A DNA stretch of 64,000 bases from an uncultured Armatimonadetes bacterium (GCA_963716175.1 OY970296.1:160001-224000); one strand, 5' to 3'; positions 10,501-21,870 are shown, counted from the first letter of the stretch. Program-made: numbers and translations. Notes: a model not told the origin generated them from the sequence alone.

Positions 10501-11544
10501 TCACTTGGCAGGAGGGATGAGCGCGTCGCGAAGGGGCTCTACCCACTTGCCTGCGTCGATATTGTAGACGACAAAGTCGTCGTCGAATTGCCAGTAGGCC
10601 CAGCTCCAGCCGTGCGACTCGGCCAGCCGGGCGACGAACGAGGTCCACCGCACGCGCGAATCCATGTCGGCCCGGTCATAGGCGCCGAACTCACCCAAGA
10701 AAACCGGTCTCTTGTGCTGCTTCGCCCACTCCTGCGCGGCCAGGAAATCGTGCTCGATCGCGCTCCGCTCGGACTCCGTCGCGTTCCACTCGTAGCCGAC
10801 GTCTTCCCCGCGGCCTTCAAAGGCCGCCCCCTGGTGGGTGAAAGTGAAGGGCTCGTAGTAGTGAACCGTGACGATGATGTCGCGATCATCCTCCGGCAGG
10901 ATGAACTCCCCCAGCTTCTTGATCGAGTTCCACTCGCCGGGCCCGATGATGACCGTCCGCCGCGGGTTCGACTCGCGTACGATGGCCAACGCCTCGACGA
11001 GATAGGGGTTCCACATCTCCGGCGTCAGGGCACGGTTGGGCTCGTTCAGCAACTCGAACAGGACCGTGTCAGGCGCGCTGGAATAACGCTTGGCCATCTG
11101 TCGCCAGAAAGCCAACCACTTCGGCTTCAGCCCCTCTGGATCCCGCGCCATGGCGTTGTACTCGTGGCAATCGAGGATCACCATCAGGCTGTTGGCCAGG
11201 GCGCGCTCCAGCGCCCAGTCGAGCATCGCGAACCATCCCCCCTCCACCCGGTAGCCCTCCCCGGCGTCGGCCATGCGCTCGAAGGGGTGCAGCGCGATGC
11301 GCACGTGCGAGAAGCCCGCCTGCCTGATCAGCCGGAAGTGCTCGTCCTGCATCCTGCGCTGGTCCGGAGCCGACCATCCTGGGTCATACCCGAAGACGTT
11401 CACGCCTCGTCCCAACCGTTCGTTCTGAGCGAAGACGTCCATCTCTCTCCCCCGCGGTCCGAGTGGCTGTCCGCCTCTCCCTGTCTCGCTACAAGCGGCA
11501 AGCATAGCACAGAGCGCGAGCGCTGTCCATCGAGTCGCCTTCAT
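10501..11544 (-). CDS. GH5 endoglucanase/mannanase-like lipoprotein
   Basis: Lipobox LAAC; LGRGVN, GFSHVRI, FELLNEP (acid/base), VHYYEP, FLGEFG (nucleophile) and WAYW. Resembles Thermotoga Cel5A-type enzymes. Confidence 0.92.
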   Translation of the reverse strand: MKATRWTALALCAMLAACSETGRGGQPLGPRGREMDVFAQNERLGRGVNVFGYDPGWSAPDQRRMQDEHFRLIRQAGFSHVRIALHPFERMADAGEGYRVEGGWFAMLDWALERALANSLMVILDCHEYNAMARDPEGLKPKWLAFWRQMAKRYSSAPDTVLFELLNEPNRALTPEMWNPYLVEALAIVRESNPRRTVIIGPGEWNSIKKLGEFILPEDDRDIIVTVHYYEPFTFTHQGAAFEGRGEDVGYEWNATESERSAIEHDFLAAQEWAKQHKRPVFLGEFGAYDRADMDSRVRWTSFVARLAESHGWSWAYWQFDDDFVVYNIDAGKWVEPLRDALIPPAK

Positions 11545-11817
11545 CTTCGACTCCCTCGCCTACTCGCCGAGCGCGTTCTGGTAGAGCCTGCGTGTGTTAA
11601 GTGGCCTTGGGACACTTGCGGAACCGGTGCTGCCCAATAACTCATTGACGCGCCCCGGGAGGGATGAGCGCCGGTTCGACGATGGGGTGATGGATCACGA
11701 AGGGGAGCGACTCGGCCCTGTCGCCAGGGGCAATGGTGACGATCAGAGGGCCTGAGCGCGCGAGTGAGGGCGCCGGTAGCGATGCATGCCCCGGCGTTCC
11801 CGGGTGACCTTCCCGCG

Positions 11818-13779
11818 CTACTGGCCCAGTAGCGCGTGCGATAACACCGTCCCAGCTACACTGACGCAGGCATCGCCCACGATCAAGCCCAGGAAGAACG
11901 GGAGCGCCCGCTGGTGCGCACGGAGGCCCCCGTATCTCAGGAGCGACGCCTTGATCACCCAGGTAAGGGTGATCGCTGGCAGCAGCGCATCGACGGCCCA
12001 GCTGAAGGCCAGTGGAAATGCCATGGGGTGAAGTGGGAAGATTGGGATTCGCAGTTTCAGGTTCATCAGTGCCAGTGCGATCACCGCGCCGATGCCGATG
12101 CCGATGGTGCCGCTCCAGTTGGGCCCACCGGGGTCGCGCAACCAGGTGGCGAGCTTGTTCGACATGTCACTGCAGATGGCGAGCAGGTCGGCTGGGCTCT
12201 TCGCGGCCATGCCGAACTGGTAGCCGATATGCACGCTGGCCCAGAAGTAGCATAGCATGATGAGGGGGACCGCGAGCATGATGGCCCAGGTGAAGTGGCT
12301 CGCCCTTACCACACCGCGCTCGGCGATGCGCAGTCCTTCGAGTTGGATCGGCGCAGGGTTTGCCTCCTGCTCGAACATGAAGGGGCGCAGTATTGCGATC
12401 ATCCCAAGTCCGCGCGGCCCGATGGCGCGCGTCCCAGGGAACTGGGTGAGCACGAACTCCGGCATGGTGCCGAACATCCAGTGCGCCGGCGGCCCGATCT
12501 GGGCGCGCATGCGCACGATCGCCATGATCATGGTGAAGTGAAGGAAGAGAAACGCGGCAGTGATGGGCGCCGCCATGCCAGCACGACCGTAGCACCACCA
12601 GAGAAAGCCAAGCCCGGCGACCAAGCCCAGGAGCGCGGTCCGATAGCTGAACCCTTCCTCACGGTCATCGAGCGAGGATCGCAATCCCAGCGCTCTCCGG
12701 ACCACCTGCGCCAAGTAGCGCCGATCCAGCCAAGCGACCGAGGCCATCAGGGCGAGATAGGCGCCGACGTTCTGCTGGTCGCCGTAGGGGAAGCCGCCCC
12801 AGGGGCTGACGAGCCACCCTCCCATGCGGCTGAGCATGTACTCCGCTTTCCAGAACAGGTTGAAGACGATGAGGGAAAAGGCGAAATCGAGCGGCATGAG
12901 GTAGCACAACCCGATCGACCATGGTCCCCAGTATAGCTCGACTCCCCGGATGGCATCCCACGGTGGGTTGTTGGAAAGAAGGTTCTCTATCTCGACGGCC
13001 GTCGGGATGACCGGAGCCGCCGGGACAAACGCGTGCAGAATGCCGAGGGTGCCGATCCCGGCCGAGATACCGATTCCCAGCCACCAGAGGCGGTCTCGGA
13101 ACAGCCTCCCGCTCGGGTCGGTCAGATGGAGAGGCACGGTGGTCATGGGGAAGGCGAGCTTCTCCTCGCCCGACCAGCGGCGGCGGACGATAACGCTCAG
13201 GCAGAGCGTGACCCACAGCGTTGCCGAAACCCACCCCGTCCACCAGAGCGCGGGCATCAGCCACGCGCGCAGCACCTCCAACCGGTAGGCGGTACTGCCG
13301 CCAAGGACGAACCCCTCCAGCGCGGCGCGGTCTGTCACCACCATTCCGGGTGGCAGGTTCGGCCACATCATCTCCGCCCAGCCGTTGCCCGGTGTCGCCG
13401 CCCAAATCGGGTAGGTGATGGCCGCGGGGAGTGAACCGCCCCACTGCCAGATCCCCCCGGTGATGCTCATGCAGGTGGCGAGAACGAGGTAGATGGTGAT
13501 CAGCTCTCCAGCGGAGAACGCCCATGCGGGCTTCCAGCGCCGGAGGAGAGCGTTGGCCGCCGTGAAGGCAGCGAGCATACCCACCGCGAAGCTGTTCAGA
13601 GACTGCGCCGCGCCGTTACCGCCCTCTATCCAGTCGCCCCAGACCGCGAACAGCGTCACTGCCGGCACCAGCAGCACCACCGCGACGACTGCCCGCAAGC
13701 GGAGAGGAGGGCGCCGGTCGGCCGCAGCAACCAGCCTGGGTGGCGTGCGCTCACCCGTGTCGGGCGAGACAGGCCTCAA
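11818..13779 (-). CDS. DUF6785/DUF6784-like permease, paralog 2
   Basis: 653-aa polytopic protein with RRRWSGEEKLAFP, GFPYGDQQ, NPAPIQLE, FPLHP and LLRYGGLR. SD GGGGAGG upstream. Confidence 0.8.
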   Translation of the reverse strand: MRPVSPDTGERTPPRLVAAADRRPPLRLRAVVAVVLLVPAVTLFAVWGDWIEGGNGAAQSLNSFAVGMLAAFTAANALLRRWKPAWAFSAGELITIYLVLATCMSITGGIWQWGGSLPAAITYPIWAATPGNGWAEMMWPNLPPGMVVTDRAALEGFVLGGSTAYRLEVLRAWLMPALWWTGWVSATLWVTLCLSVIVRRRWSGEEKLAFPMTTVPLHLTDPSGRLFRDRLWWLGIGISAGIGTLGILHAFVPAAPVIPTAVEIENLLSNNPPWDAIRGVELYWGPWSIGLCYLMPLDFAFSLIVFNLFWKAEYMLSRMGGWLVSPWGGFPYGDQQNVGAYLALMASVAWLDRRYLAQVVRRALGLRSSLDDREEGFSYRTALLGLVAGLGFLWWCYGRAGMAAPITAAFLFLHFTMIMAIVRMRAQIGPPAHWMFGTMPEFVLTQFPGTRAIGPRGLGMIAILRPFMFEQEANPAPIQLEGLRIAERGVVRASHFTWAIMLAVPLIMLCYFWASVHIGYQFGMAAKSPADLLAICSDMSNKLATWLRDPGGPNWSGTIGIGIGAVIALALMNLKLRIPIFPLHPMAFPLAFSWAVDALLPAITLTWVIKASLLRYGGLRAHQRALPFFLGLIVGDACVSVAGTVLSHALLGQ

Positions 13780-13846
13780 CGTAATGGTTCCTCCCCTGTA
13801 ACAGGGACGCGTCGCCGGCGAGAGTTGCCGCTGGCAGTGCGCCGGC

Positions 13847-14908
13847 CTACTCCAGTGGCTCGGCCTGCAGCTCCCGCCCCTCCCGCACCGCCTGCTGGCA
13901 CAGCAGGGTCAGGTAGTGGTCCTGGCAGGCCTCGGCGAGGGGATAGAACTCCCGGCTCGTGCGCACGTACTCGTCCATCCTCACCAAACAGGCGGCGATC
14001 GCGATCTCGTCGTCGGAGAGAGGCGCAGGTGCGAAGGGGTTAGTGTAGAGCCACTCGCCTCCTGCCTGGATGCCCCTCAGGTAGAAGCCCTCGAGGTTGC
14101 CGTTGGCGCCGGTGGTGTCTCGGCGAAGGTCGAGCGCGATGGGGGTGTGGAAGTCCTTGAGATAGTAGACCGTGTCATTGACGATCTCACCTCGCTCGCC
14201 CCGGATCAGCACGCGGCGGCTGCGGATCCAGCCGAAGTACTGATCGCCGGTGAAGTCGAGAAGACCGAGGCGGTCACCCCAATCGAAGAAGACGATATCC
14301 TGCTCCGAGTCTCTGATCTGCTCCTGGGCGGGCGGGCCCTGCCGCCCGGCCCCGGCAACGATGGGCGCGGCGAAACGTCTGCCGCTGATCTTGGGCATCT
14401 CGAATCCAATGCCCAGGAATCTCCGGATCAAACTGATCCCGTGATAGCCGTGGGCCACTGAGATTTGCGCCTGAGTCGGCCGTCCCAACAGTCCCTGCTC
14501 AATCACCGCCGAGCAGGCCTGATGGTGGGGCTGGGCCCAGTATTGCTCCGCGACCTGGATCTTCGCGCCCTTCCGTGTCAGGGCAGTGACCTCTCGGAGC
14601 TGCTCCAGATCGGGCGCAGGCGGGGTCTCCGAGAGGATGGGCATCCCTCGCTGGGAGAGCTCCTTCAGCAGCACGGGATTGCTTGTCCAGCTCACGGAGG
14701 TTACCACAAACGACGGCGATGTCTTGAGCAGTTCCTCGCTGTCCGCGCACACGCGCACCCCCCAGGCCTGCTCTAGGGGCCCGCGCTTCTCGGGGTTGCG
14801 CACGACTACACCGGTGATGCGGAAACGCGCGGGCAAGGCCCGGGCGATGCGCAGGTAGAACTCGGTGCGCCATCCCGCTCCGACGATGCCGAATTCGATC
14901 GGTCTCAC
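13847..14908 (-). CDS. Gfo/Idh/MocA family oxidoreductase
   Basis: Rossmann motif GIVGAGWR, ETPP (EKP variant) and VAEQY. Confidence 0.85.
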   Translation of the reverse strand: MRPIEFGIVGAGWRTEFYLRIARALPARFRITGVVVRNPEKRGPLEQAWGVRVCADSEELLKTSPSFVVTSVSWTSNPVLLKELSQRGMPILSETPPAPDLEQLREVTALTRKGAKIQVAEQYWAQPHHQACSAVIEQGLLGRPTQAQISVAHGYHGISLIRRFLGIGFEMPKISGRRFAAPIVAGAGRQGPPAQEQIRDSEQDIVFFDWGDRLGLLDFTGDQYFGWIRSRRVLIRGERGEIVNDTVYYLKDFHTPIALDLRRDTTGANGNLEGFYLRGIQAGGEWLYTNPFAPAPLSDDEIAIAACLVRMDEYVRTSREFYPLAEACQDHYLTLLCQQAVREGRELQAEPLE

Positions 14909-14920
14909 GTCTGCCCTCCA

Positions 14921-15988
14921 TCAACGCAGCTTCGGAAGATTCCGCCCATCACGGCCGCCGCCCCTTCCAGAATACGGCTTGCCCGGCTCCCAGTTGTTCG
15001 CCGCGGGCGGGGTGAAGCGTGCCAGCGGCAGCTCCACTTGGCACTGGTGCTTGCAGGACAGGTAGGCCGCCTCACACATCTCCAGGGCAGCCAGCGAGCT
15101 CTCCGGGATGGCATAGTCGGTGCTCCCCTCATCCATCTGTCGGGCCATCGCCTCCAGATGATCCCGGTGCCCCTTCCCGGCCGGCCGAACATCAACCTTC
15201 TTGCCTCCCGGGTGCTGCTCGTTCAGGAGCAGGTACGCGCTCTCCCAGGCCCAGAACTCGATCATCCCCTTCGCGCCGACGATGTGGAAGACCGTGTCCT
15301 TGCCCTTTCGCGTTGTGGTGACATAGTCGCCGGTGTTCATCACGAAGCGCACGCCATTGCTCGCCTGCACATAGGTGACGGCAACCGTCTCCACCTGCAT
15401 TCCATCCCGGTAGGTCCGCGATGAGCTGTCACCGGCCGCCATCACTGACTGCGCGGCCACCGCTCCGTTGAGCATATGAGCGTAGTTGAGCCAGTGGATG
15501 CCGGCGTTGATGATGTCCCAGCCGTTACACTGGATCTCGATCAGTACCAGCTCCCCGATCTCTCCGGACCTCACCCGCGCCACGATCTCCCTCGCATGAG
15601 TCGCCACCAGCAGCCCATGCGGCACCGCCATGGGCAGCCCTCGGCTTCGGATCGCACTCAGGATCGCGGCGCCGTCCGCCGTCGTCTGCGCCAGGGGCTT
15701 CTCGACCAAGATCCCCTTCAGGGGAAGCTCCAACGCGGCCTCCGTGATCTCCCTGTGTGACGGCGCCCAAGTGGAGACGCATACGGTATCAGTGGGACAT
15801 TTCCGGAACATCGCCTCATGGCTGTCGAAAACCGCAAGGCCGGGGTAATCTCGCGCCAGCGCCTCGCGGGCGGCGGGGCTGATGTCTGCTACCGCCAGCG
15901 GCTGATAGCAGTCGGAGGCCTGGAGGGCATTGATACTCAGCCGTCCGCCCGCCCCGCCGCCGACCACACTCGCCGTGTACTGCTTCAT
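14921..15988 (-). CDS. Gfo/Idh/MocA family oxidoreductase
   Basis: VVGGGAGG, ILVEKPLA and GIH motifs; SD GGAGGTG. Confidence 0.88.
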   Translation of the reverse strand: MKQYTASVVGGGAGGRLSINALQASDCYQPLAVADISPAAREALARDYPGLAVFDSHEAMFRKCPTDTVCVSTWAPSHREITEAALELPLKGILVEKPLAQTTADGAAILSAIRSRGLPMAVPHGLLVATHAREIVARVRSGEIGELVLIEIQCNGWDIINAGIHWLNYAHMLNGAVAAQSVMAAGDSSSRTYRDGMQVETVAVTYVQASNGVRFVMNTGDYVTTTRKGKDTVFHIVGAKGMIEFWAWESAYLLLNEQHPGGKKVDVRPAGKGHRDHLEAMARQMDEGSTDYAIPESSLAALEMCEAAYLSCKHQCQVELPLARFTPPAANNWEPGKPYSGRGGGRDGRNLPKLR

Positions 15989-16416
15989 GTGACACCTCCA
16001 GGGTCTATGCCCCCTAGAACTCAGAGCCGCCTACAGCAGCCATCGCGGTCACCGACGGCGCGACGACGCTGTGTTTTCCAGACGCGGCCGGCGTTCCTTT
16101 CAGCTTCGGTGCGGCGCCTGGTGCCACTGCAATCGAGTGGGCCGTCCGTCGCATACTTTCACAGTCACCGCAGATTACACCTGGCGCTCACGGCCGAACA
16201 GCTGGTCCATGCCGGTGATAGCAGGCAGCTCCTGGCGAGCGCCAGGCCTACCGTAAGCGGTGATCCGCCACGAGTGCGGCCAGCTTCAGCAGGCCAGCCT
16301 CGAGCCCGCTTGTCGCAAGGAGCTGCGATCCGCAGAGCGAGGTGCCTGGAGCACGGCCAGGCGTGATGTCGCGCCAAGCGCGCGGATAACACCACCGGCG
16401 ACGGAAGTCAGCAGTC

Positions 16417-16444
16417 AGGCGGAGCGCCCGCGGGCGCTCCGCCT
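16417..16444. repeat. Conserved GC hairpin downstream of pilin-like gene 2
   Basis: AGGCGGAGCGCCC-GC-GGGCGCTCCGCCT. Nearly identical at 52277 and related at 21835. Confidence 0.75.
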
Positions 16445-16478
16445 CTTCGTGCTGGACTGCAGCTGCGGGGCGCGCCTC

Positions 16479-17500
16479 TCAGCACCCGCAATTCGGGTCG
16501 TCACCGGGCTGACAGTACCGGCAAAAGCAACTGTCACAGCAGGCGGTGCCTCGGAGATCGCCGAAGGTGTCCTGCTTGGCCCTCGGCCTCCCCGGGAGTT
16601 CGCGTAGATGGCGTCGGCGGCCATCCAGGCGGCGTGGCCATCCAGGAAACCCATGTTGCTGCCGCCCATGTGACGGGTGTACTGCTTCCTCAGGCTGGGG
16701 TCGCTCCAGAAGCGGACCTGCATCTCGTGGGTTAGCCCGCACTGCTGGGTGGCCGAGCAGTTCACCCAATCCGCGCCACAACTGGCATCGGCCTCGACCT
16801 TGCAGACGTCGGGGAAAGCGAGATCGGAAAGTTTCATCCACTCGGCCCTAACGCCGGCGTCGCCGGTGACGACGAACTTCGCGGCATCCGCCACCGCGCT
16901 GGGCTTGAAATCGCGATAGTAGGAGGCGGTAGTGCCTATGGTTTGCTCGAAGGCGTTGGCCACCGCCTCACTGGGACCTGCCCTCGCAAATCCCGTCCGG
17001 CCTTGCAGGGCGGAATCGGTGACGCTGCCGCCCCATCCCGACGGGAATGTATCGTCGCCTGCGAAGGCGTCACCTGCGCACGTTTCCCCGCCCGATTTCG
17101 CGACCCAGTACCCGAACCAGTCTGAGGCGGGGATGATGGCTCTTGCTCCGTTGGCGGACTTGGCGCTCGGGCAGCGCCAGACATCGCGGTTCTTGACGTA
17201 CTCGTCCAGGACCACCGGCCAGCGCAGGTAGGGGTTCTTGCCGGTGGCGCTGGGCACGCTGCCACAGAAGAAGTCGATCACCTCCTGGCGGTGCTCCTTG
17301 GGCGCCAGCCTGTCGTAGTCTGTCAGATACATCTGGAACGCCATCGCGATGTTCTTCACATTCGACAGGCACTGAATCTTGCGGGCCGACTCCCGCGCTC
17401 GCGCGAACACCGGGAACAGCATGGCAGCAAGGATCGCAATAATCGCGATCACCACTAACAGCTCGATCAGCGTGAATCCGCTGCGTCTTAGCCTTACCAT
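16479..17500 (-). CDS. DUF1559-like prepilin / H-X9-DG protein 2; probable frameshift near 16595
   Basis: [10 protein letters not shown] and [14 protein letters not shown]. The Cys-rich tail [13 protein letters not shown] in ORF 16479..16841 matches the tails of the paralogs, so the true stop is probably 16479. ATG 17500 follows SD AGGAGG. Confidence 0.88.
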
Positions 17501-17743
17501 GATGGTTTTGCCTCCTCTCAAGCTAGACCTGCGCACAGCCTCCCGCCGACAACTGCTCTGGCCTGTCTCACCTCCCTTTGCTCACTGGTCTTGCCCAAAT
17601 CCGTTACTCTTGCCTTACTTGCCACTGGCCACTTAGCCAGCCTTTGGTGCCCAGGCGAACTGCCTCCATCCGCTCCTGGCATTGCACCGCATGCAGCAGG
17701 AGGCTTCCGGGCCGCCGCTGACACGACCCCCTGGTGCTTCTTC

Positions 17744-17814
17744 ACTATACTGCTGGCCTCCTCAAAGAGGAATGCAGGATTCGGTTGATCACTTGACCTA
17801 TTCGGTTGTATACT
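17744..17814. promoter_or_regulatory. Divergent promoter region with AraC-type direct repeats
   Basis: ATTCGGTTG at 17779-17787 and 17800-17808 (21-bp period). Minus-strand -10 TATAGT (17744-17749) has a poor -35. Plus-strand TTGATC-N18-TATACT (17785-17814) points toward araC. Confidence 0.55.
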
Positions 17815-17815
17815 G

Positions 17816-18739
17816 GTGGTCAGCATCGGAACGGTAGGAGGCGGCCTCTCACATTTCCGAGGGCCGAGAACGGAGCTTCGGGTGAGTGATCCAGGCGAGC
17901 GAGAGGAGACAGGCCGAGTGGTGGTCACGGCCCTCGGCGTCCACTGGGTGCACGAGTTGGGCTACACCGTAGACCGGCCCCACGGGGTGAACGAGTATGT
18001 GCTGCTGCGGTTCTATAGCCCGATGTTGGTGCGCACTGCCGCTGGGCTGGTGCACGGGGAACCTGACGACTGCCTTCTCTACGCTCCAAGGTTCCCGCAG
18101 TGGTTCTCTGGGCGTGATGTAGGACATGCGGACGACCACATGCATATGGACGGCCCAGAGGTGCCTGAGCTCGTCAGTCGCTTCCGGTTGCCGGTGAACA
18201 GGCTCTTCCGGCCCCGCGAGGTTGACTTCATCCCGCCGATGATCACGGCGATCCGCCGAGAGCTGTACCGAAGGGAGCCGTTCTGGCAGCATTCTGTTCG
18301 GACGCTGGTTGAGACGCTGTTGCTGAGGCTCGGCCGGCTGGCGGACGAGCAGGAACGATCCGGCCTGACGCCGGCCGACCTGGCCCGCGCCGAGGTATTC
18401 CGGAGCATCCGCATGCAGGTTCACGAGCGGCTGGAGGAGCGGTGGACAGTGGCGAGCATGGCAGAGCTGGCCAATCTGAGCGTCTCTCGCTTCGGTGTGC
18501 TCTATAGGAAGCTCTTCGGCGTCAGTCCTATCGAGGATCTCATCGACGCGCGATTGGCCAGAGCGCGCGCGTTGCTGGCGAACGCAGCCCTGTCCGTTGG
18601 CGAGGCCGCGGCCGAAGCCGGCTTCAGGAACGTCTGCTACTTCAGCCGCCTGTTCCACCGTCGGGTGGGGAGCACCCCCAGAGACCACTACCGCCGCGAC
18701 CTGCCGGAACGCGACAGCACCAAGGCGGCGGGGCCGTAG
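17816..18739 (+). CDS. AraC family transcriptional regulator
   Basis: N-terminal cupin-like domain and C-terminal double HTH (WTVASMAELANLS...R...AR.LL...GF.N..YFSR.F). Start codon uncertain. Confidence 0.93.
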   Translation: MVSIGTVGGGLSHFRGPRTELRVSDPGEREETGRVVVTALGVHWVHELGYTVDRPHGVNEYVLLRFYSPMLVRTAAGLVHGEPDDCLLYAPRFPQWFSGRDVGHADDHMHMDGPEVPELVSRFRLPVNRLFRPREVDFIPPMITAIRRELYRREPFWQHSVRTLVETLLLRLGRLADEQERSGLTPADLARAEVFRSIRMQVHERLEERWTVASMAELANLSVSRFGVLYRKLFGVSPIEDLIDARLARARALLANAALSVGEAAAEAGFRNVCYFSRLFHRRVGSTPRDHYRRDLPERDSTKAAGP

Positions 18740-18906
18740 CTAGCTAGCGAAGCGGCATGCCGGTGCTGCTTGTCCGTGGCCACAGGTGAAATCGTGCGAC
18801 GCAGGATTCCAGAGGCCACGCTGAGCTGGTTTCACCAATCCAGGGCGGGTCGGTTCTGGACGCCGATGGTGGGTGAATTCCCGATGCCGACTGACAATCG
18901 CTCATG

Positions 18907-19037
18907 CTAGAAGCTGTTTCATAACCTTCCCAGGCAAGGTTATGAAACAGCACCGCACAACCTCAGGCCGCGGCCGGCGCATTTCATGCGAGGGCGTGGT
19001 GCGGCCAACCAGCAGGTAGGTTATGAAATGCGCGCTA
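18907..19037 (+). repeat. Repeat family B copy 1 (131-bp MITE-like element)
   Basis: Hairpins GCTGTTTCATAACCT...AGGTTATGAAACAGC and GCGCATTTCAT...ATGAAATGCGC, TA at both ends. Copies at 20311 and 41841. Confidence 0.9.
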
Positions 19038-19043
19038 CGTGCG

Positions 19044-19640
19044 CTAGCTCTTCTCTTGCGACTGCTTTTCCGCTAGCCAGGTATCGCGGGATGGGAGCTT
19101 GCCTTCCAACCCCTGATAGGGGGGCAATATGACTTCCGAAGGCTCGATCTTCCTCAAAGGTGGCTCTGTAAGCAGCGCGATGTTCTTTGGACCTCGGATG
19201 TCTAGTATTGCGCGTTCATGGGCAATCTGGTATTTCCGGTAAAACTCCTCGATCGACTCAACCAGTGCAATCGTTCCGAGCCTTTGCGATCTATCCCAGA
19301 AGTTGCAGCAAGGCACAAGCAGAGTGCGGGTATATAGAGCGCTCATCGCAATGGCACGGGTGGCCTGGTCTGGATGCACGCCCACTATCAGGTCATAGTA
19401 CGAGGCCTGATGCGGATCGAACTCCTCCTCTCTCCCGGGCACTCCTCTGATACGACAGCCGCGAGGGTCAACTACTTCGGCATCATAGCCAAGCCTGTTG
19501 CGAAGCAGCTTTGAAAGCATGCCCTGTCCGCCCGCAACATCGGCGATGTACTTCACCCCGCGGCCGTAGACCCGGGAGATAAGACCAGCGACTTCCGGGA
19601 ATCGCGCAGGGTCTCCGTGGAAATCGTACCTTGCACTCAT
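19044..19640 (-). CDS. SAM-dependent methyltransferase-fold protein
   Basis: Motif I ADVAGGQG, VVDPR, D.IVG.HPDQAT and VPCC. Visibly lower GC than the flanks. Confidence 0.65.
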   Translation of the reverse strand: MSARYDFHGDPARFPEVAGLISRVYGRGVKYIADVAGGQGMLSKLLRNRLGYDAEVVDPRGCRIRGVPGREEEFDPHQASYYDLIVGVHPDQATRAIAMSALYTRTLLVPCCNFWDRSQRLGTIALVESIEEFYRKYQIAHERAILDIRGPKNIALLTEPPLRKIEPSEVILPPYQGLEGKLPSRDTWLAEKQSQEKS

Positions 19641-19719
19641 CACCGCAATTCTAGCATGGATCGGAATGTGTGCGCATGTTAAGTTGGCGTGGGGCATCCA
19701 GGCTCACCTCCCACATCGC

Positions 19720-20095
19720 ACGAAGACCTAGAGCCGGCACCTGTTCGTGAGCGCCTGGAAGGGCCAACCCATCCATGGCCGCTGCATCAACCGCATGCTC
19801 AAGATCGCGATCCGCAAGGATGGCCCGGAGGGCCAAGGGATCACGCCCCACAAGCTCCGGCACACCTTCGCCACCCCACCTCATCCGCAACGGGGTGGAC
19901 ATTCGCACCGTACAGGAGCTGATGGGCCATTCCGAACTCGAGACTACAGCCAAGTACCTGCACTCGGATACGCGCACCAAGCAGGCCGCGGTGGGGAGGC
20001 TGGATGGATTGCTGGGCACCAACTCAGCGGCAGAGCCATCGCAGCCGCCGGCGATAGAGAACCACGCCGATCCACGCCATGAACCCGCCCATTAG
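19720..20095 (+). pseudogene. Tyrosine recombinase (XerC/D-like) C-terminal fragment with frameshift
   Basis: ITPHKLRHTFAT and HLIRNGVDIRTVQELMGHSELETTAKYLH are split over two frames near 19875. No N-terminal domain. Confidence 0.85.
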
Positions 20096-20290
20096 CATCA
20101 GCTTGGCCACGGCGATGAAGATCAGGTGCACCTCCGGGGATGGCCACCACGCATCTGGCATGAAGCGCAGCCTCCCCGCCATCCGAGCCACATACGCCGC
20201 CCAGCCTGCCATCAGCCAGGCCCACCAGATCAGCACCACCCAACCCAGCGAGAAGACGAGAGCATCGAGCCTCCGGTCAGCATCCTGCAT
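20024..20290 (-). CDS. Small two-TM membrane protein
   Basis: Strong SD AGAGGAGGTG before the ATG, two hydrophobic segments and a basic C-terminus. Overlaps the 3' end of the integrase remnant. Confidence 0.55.
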   Translation of the reverse strand: MQDADRRLDALVFSLGWVVLIWWAWLMAGWAAYVARMAGRLRFMPDAWWPSPEVHLIFIAVAKLMLMGGFMAWIGVVLYRRRLRWLCR

Positions 20291-20310
20291 TCTGCTTCAC
20301 CTCCTCTCAC

Positions 20311-20441
20311 TAGAGTGCATTCCATGACCTACCTGCTGGCTGGCCGCACCACGCCCTCGCATGAAATGCGCCTGCCACTGCCTGACGTTGTGCAGTGCTC
20401 TTTCATAACCTCCTCTGGGAAGGCTATGAAACAGCTTCCAA
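20311..20441 (-). repeat. Repeat family B copy 2
   Basis: Inverted, slightly degenerate copy of 18907..19037, same length. Confidence 0.88.
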
Positions 20442-20671
20442 TCATTCTAACACAGGCGGTGGCCTCCTGGCGCTGTCGGGTCAGGCCGTAGCTAGCCGCG
20501 CTCAATGCCGGCCACAGTGGGCCCAGATCGGCACTTCCGTTGTCACTTGCGGGCAATCTCTTCGCCGGCCAACACCCACAGAGTGCCTCACTGTGGATCT
20601 GACAGGCGCACAGGCGGCGAGCCCGGGGGCAGGCAGCAGATTGAGCGCATCGCCGATGGTGAAGGCCGGCG

Positions 20672-20700
20672 TTGACCGTGCTTCTGCTTAGTGCTACTAT
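20672..20700 (+). promoter_or_regulatory. Sigma70-type promoter for pilin-like gene 3
   Basis: TTGACC-N17-TACTAT with an extended -10 TG. Confidence 0.6.
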
Positions 20701-20844
20701 CGAGCCAGCGCCAGCCTTTGGGCGTCCAAACCCTAACAAGGCCAGTTGGCTTTGCGGAGGAGGAAAGGAGGTAACAGAAGGCAGTTGTCTGCAGCAGCCA
20801 TCGCAGCCTCGGCTGCGCATTCCGTCTGGTGTGGAGGCGATGTG

Positions 20845-21786
<942 letters not shown>

Positions 21787-21834
21787 TCTGGGTCAGGCGG
21801 GCCCTAAGGGTTGATCTAGTATGAGTTGACTGAG

Positions 21835-21870
21835 AGCCGTGCGGAGCGCCTACTGGAGCTCCGCACGGCT
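21835..21870. repeat. GC hairpin downstream of pilin-like gene 3
   Basis: AGCCGTGCGGAGC...GCTCCGCACGGCT, sharing the GCGGAGC/GCTCCGC core with the hairpins at 16417 and 52277. Confidence 0.65.

Noticed and set aside
16415-16478. ORF-track C-terminus of pilin-like gene 2
   Set aside because: It runs through the downstream hairpin and lacks the Cys-containing tail, so it is better explained by a frameshift near 16595.
1981-20095. Single integrative element from the tRNA to the integrase remnant
   Set aside because: No duplicated tRNA 3' end was seen near the integrase, the tRNA 3' end faces away from it, and the intervening genes look native.
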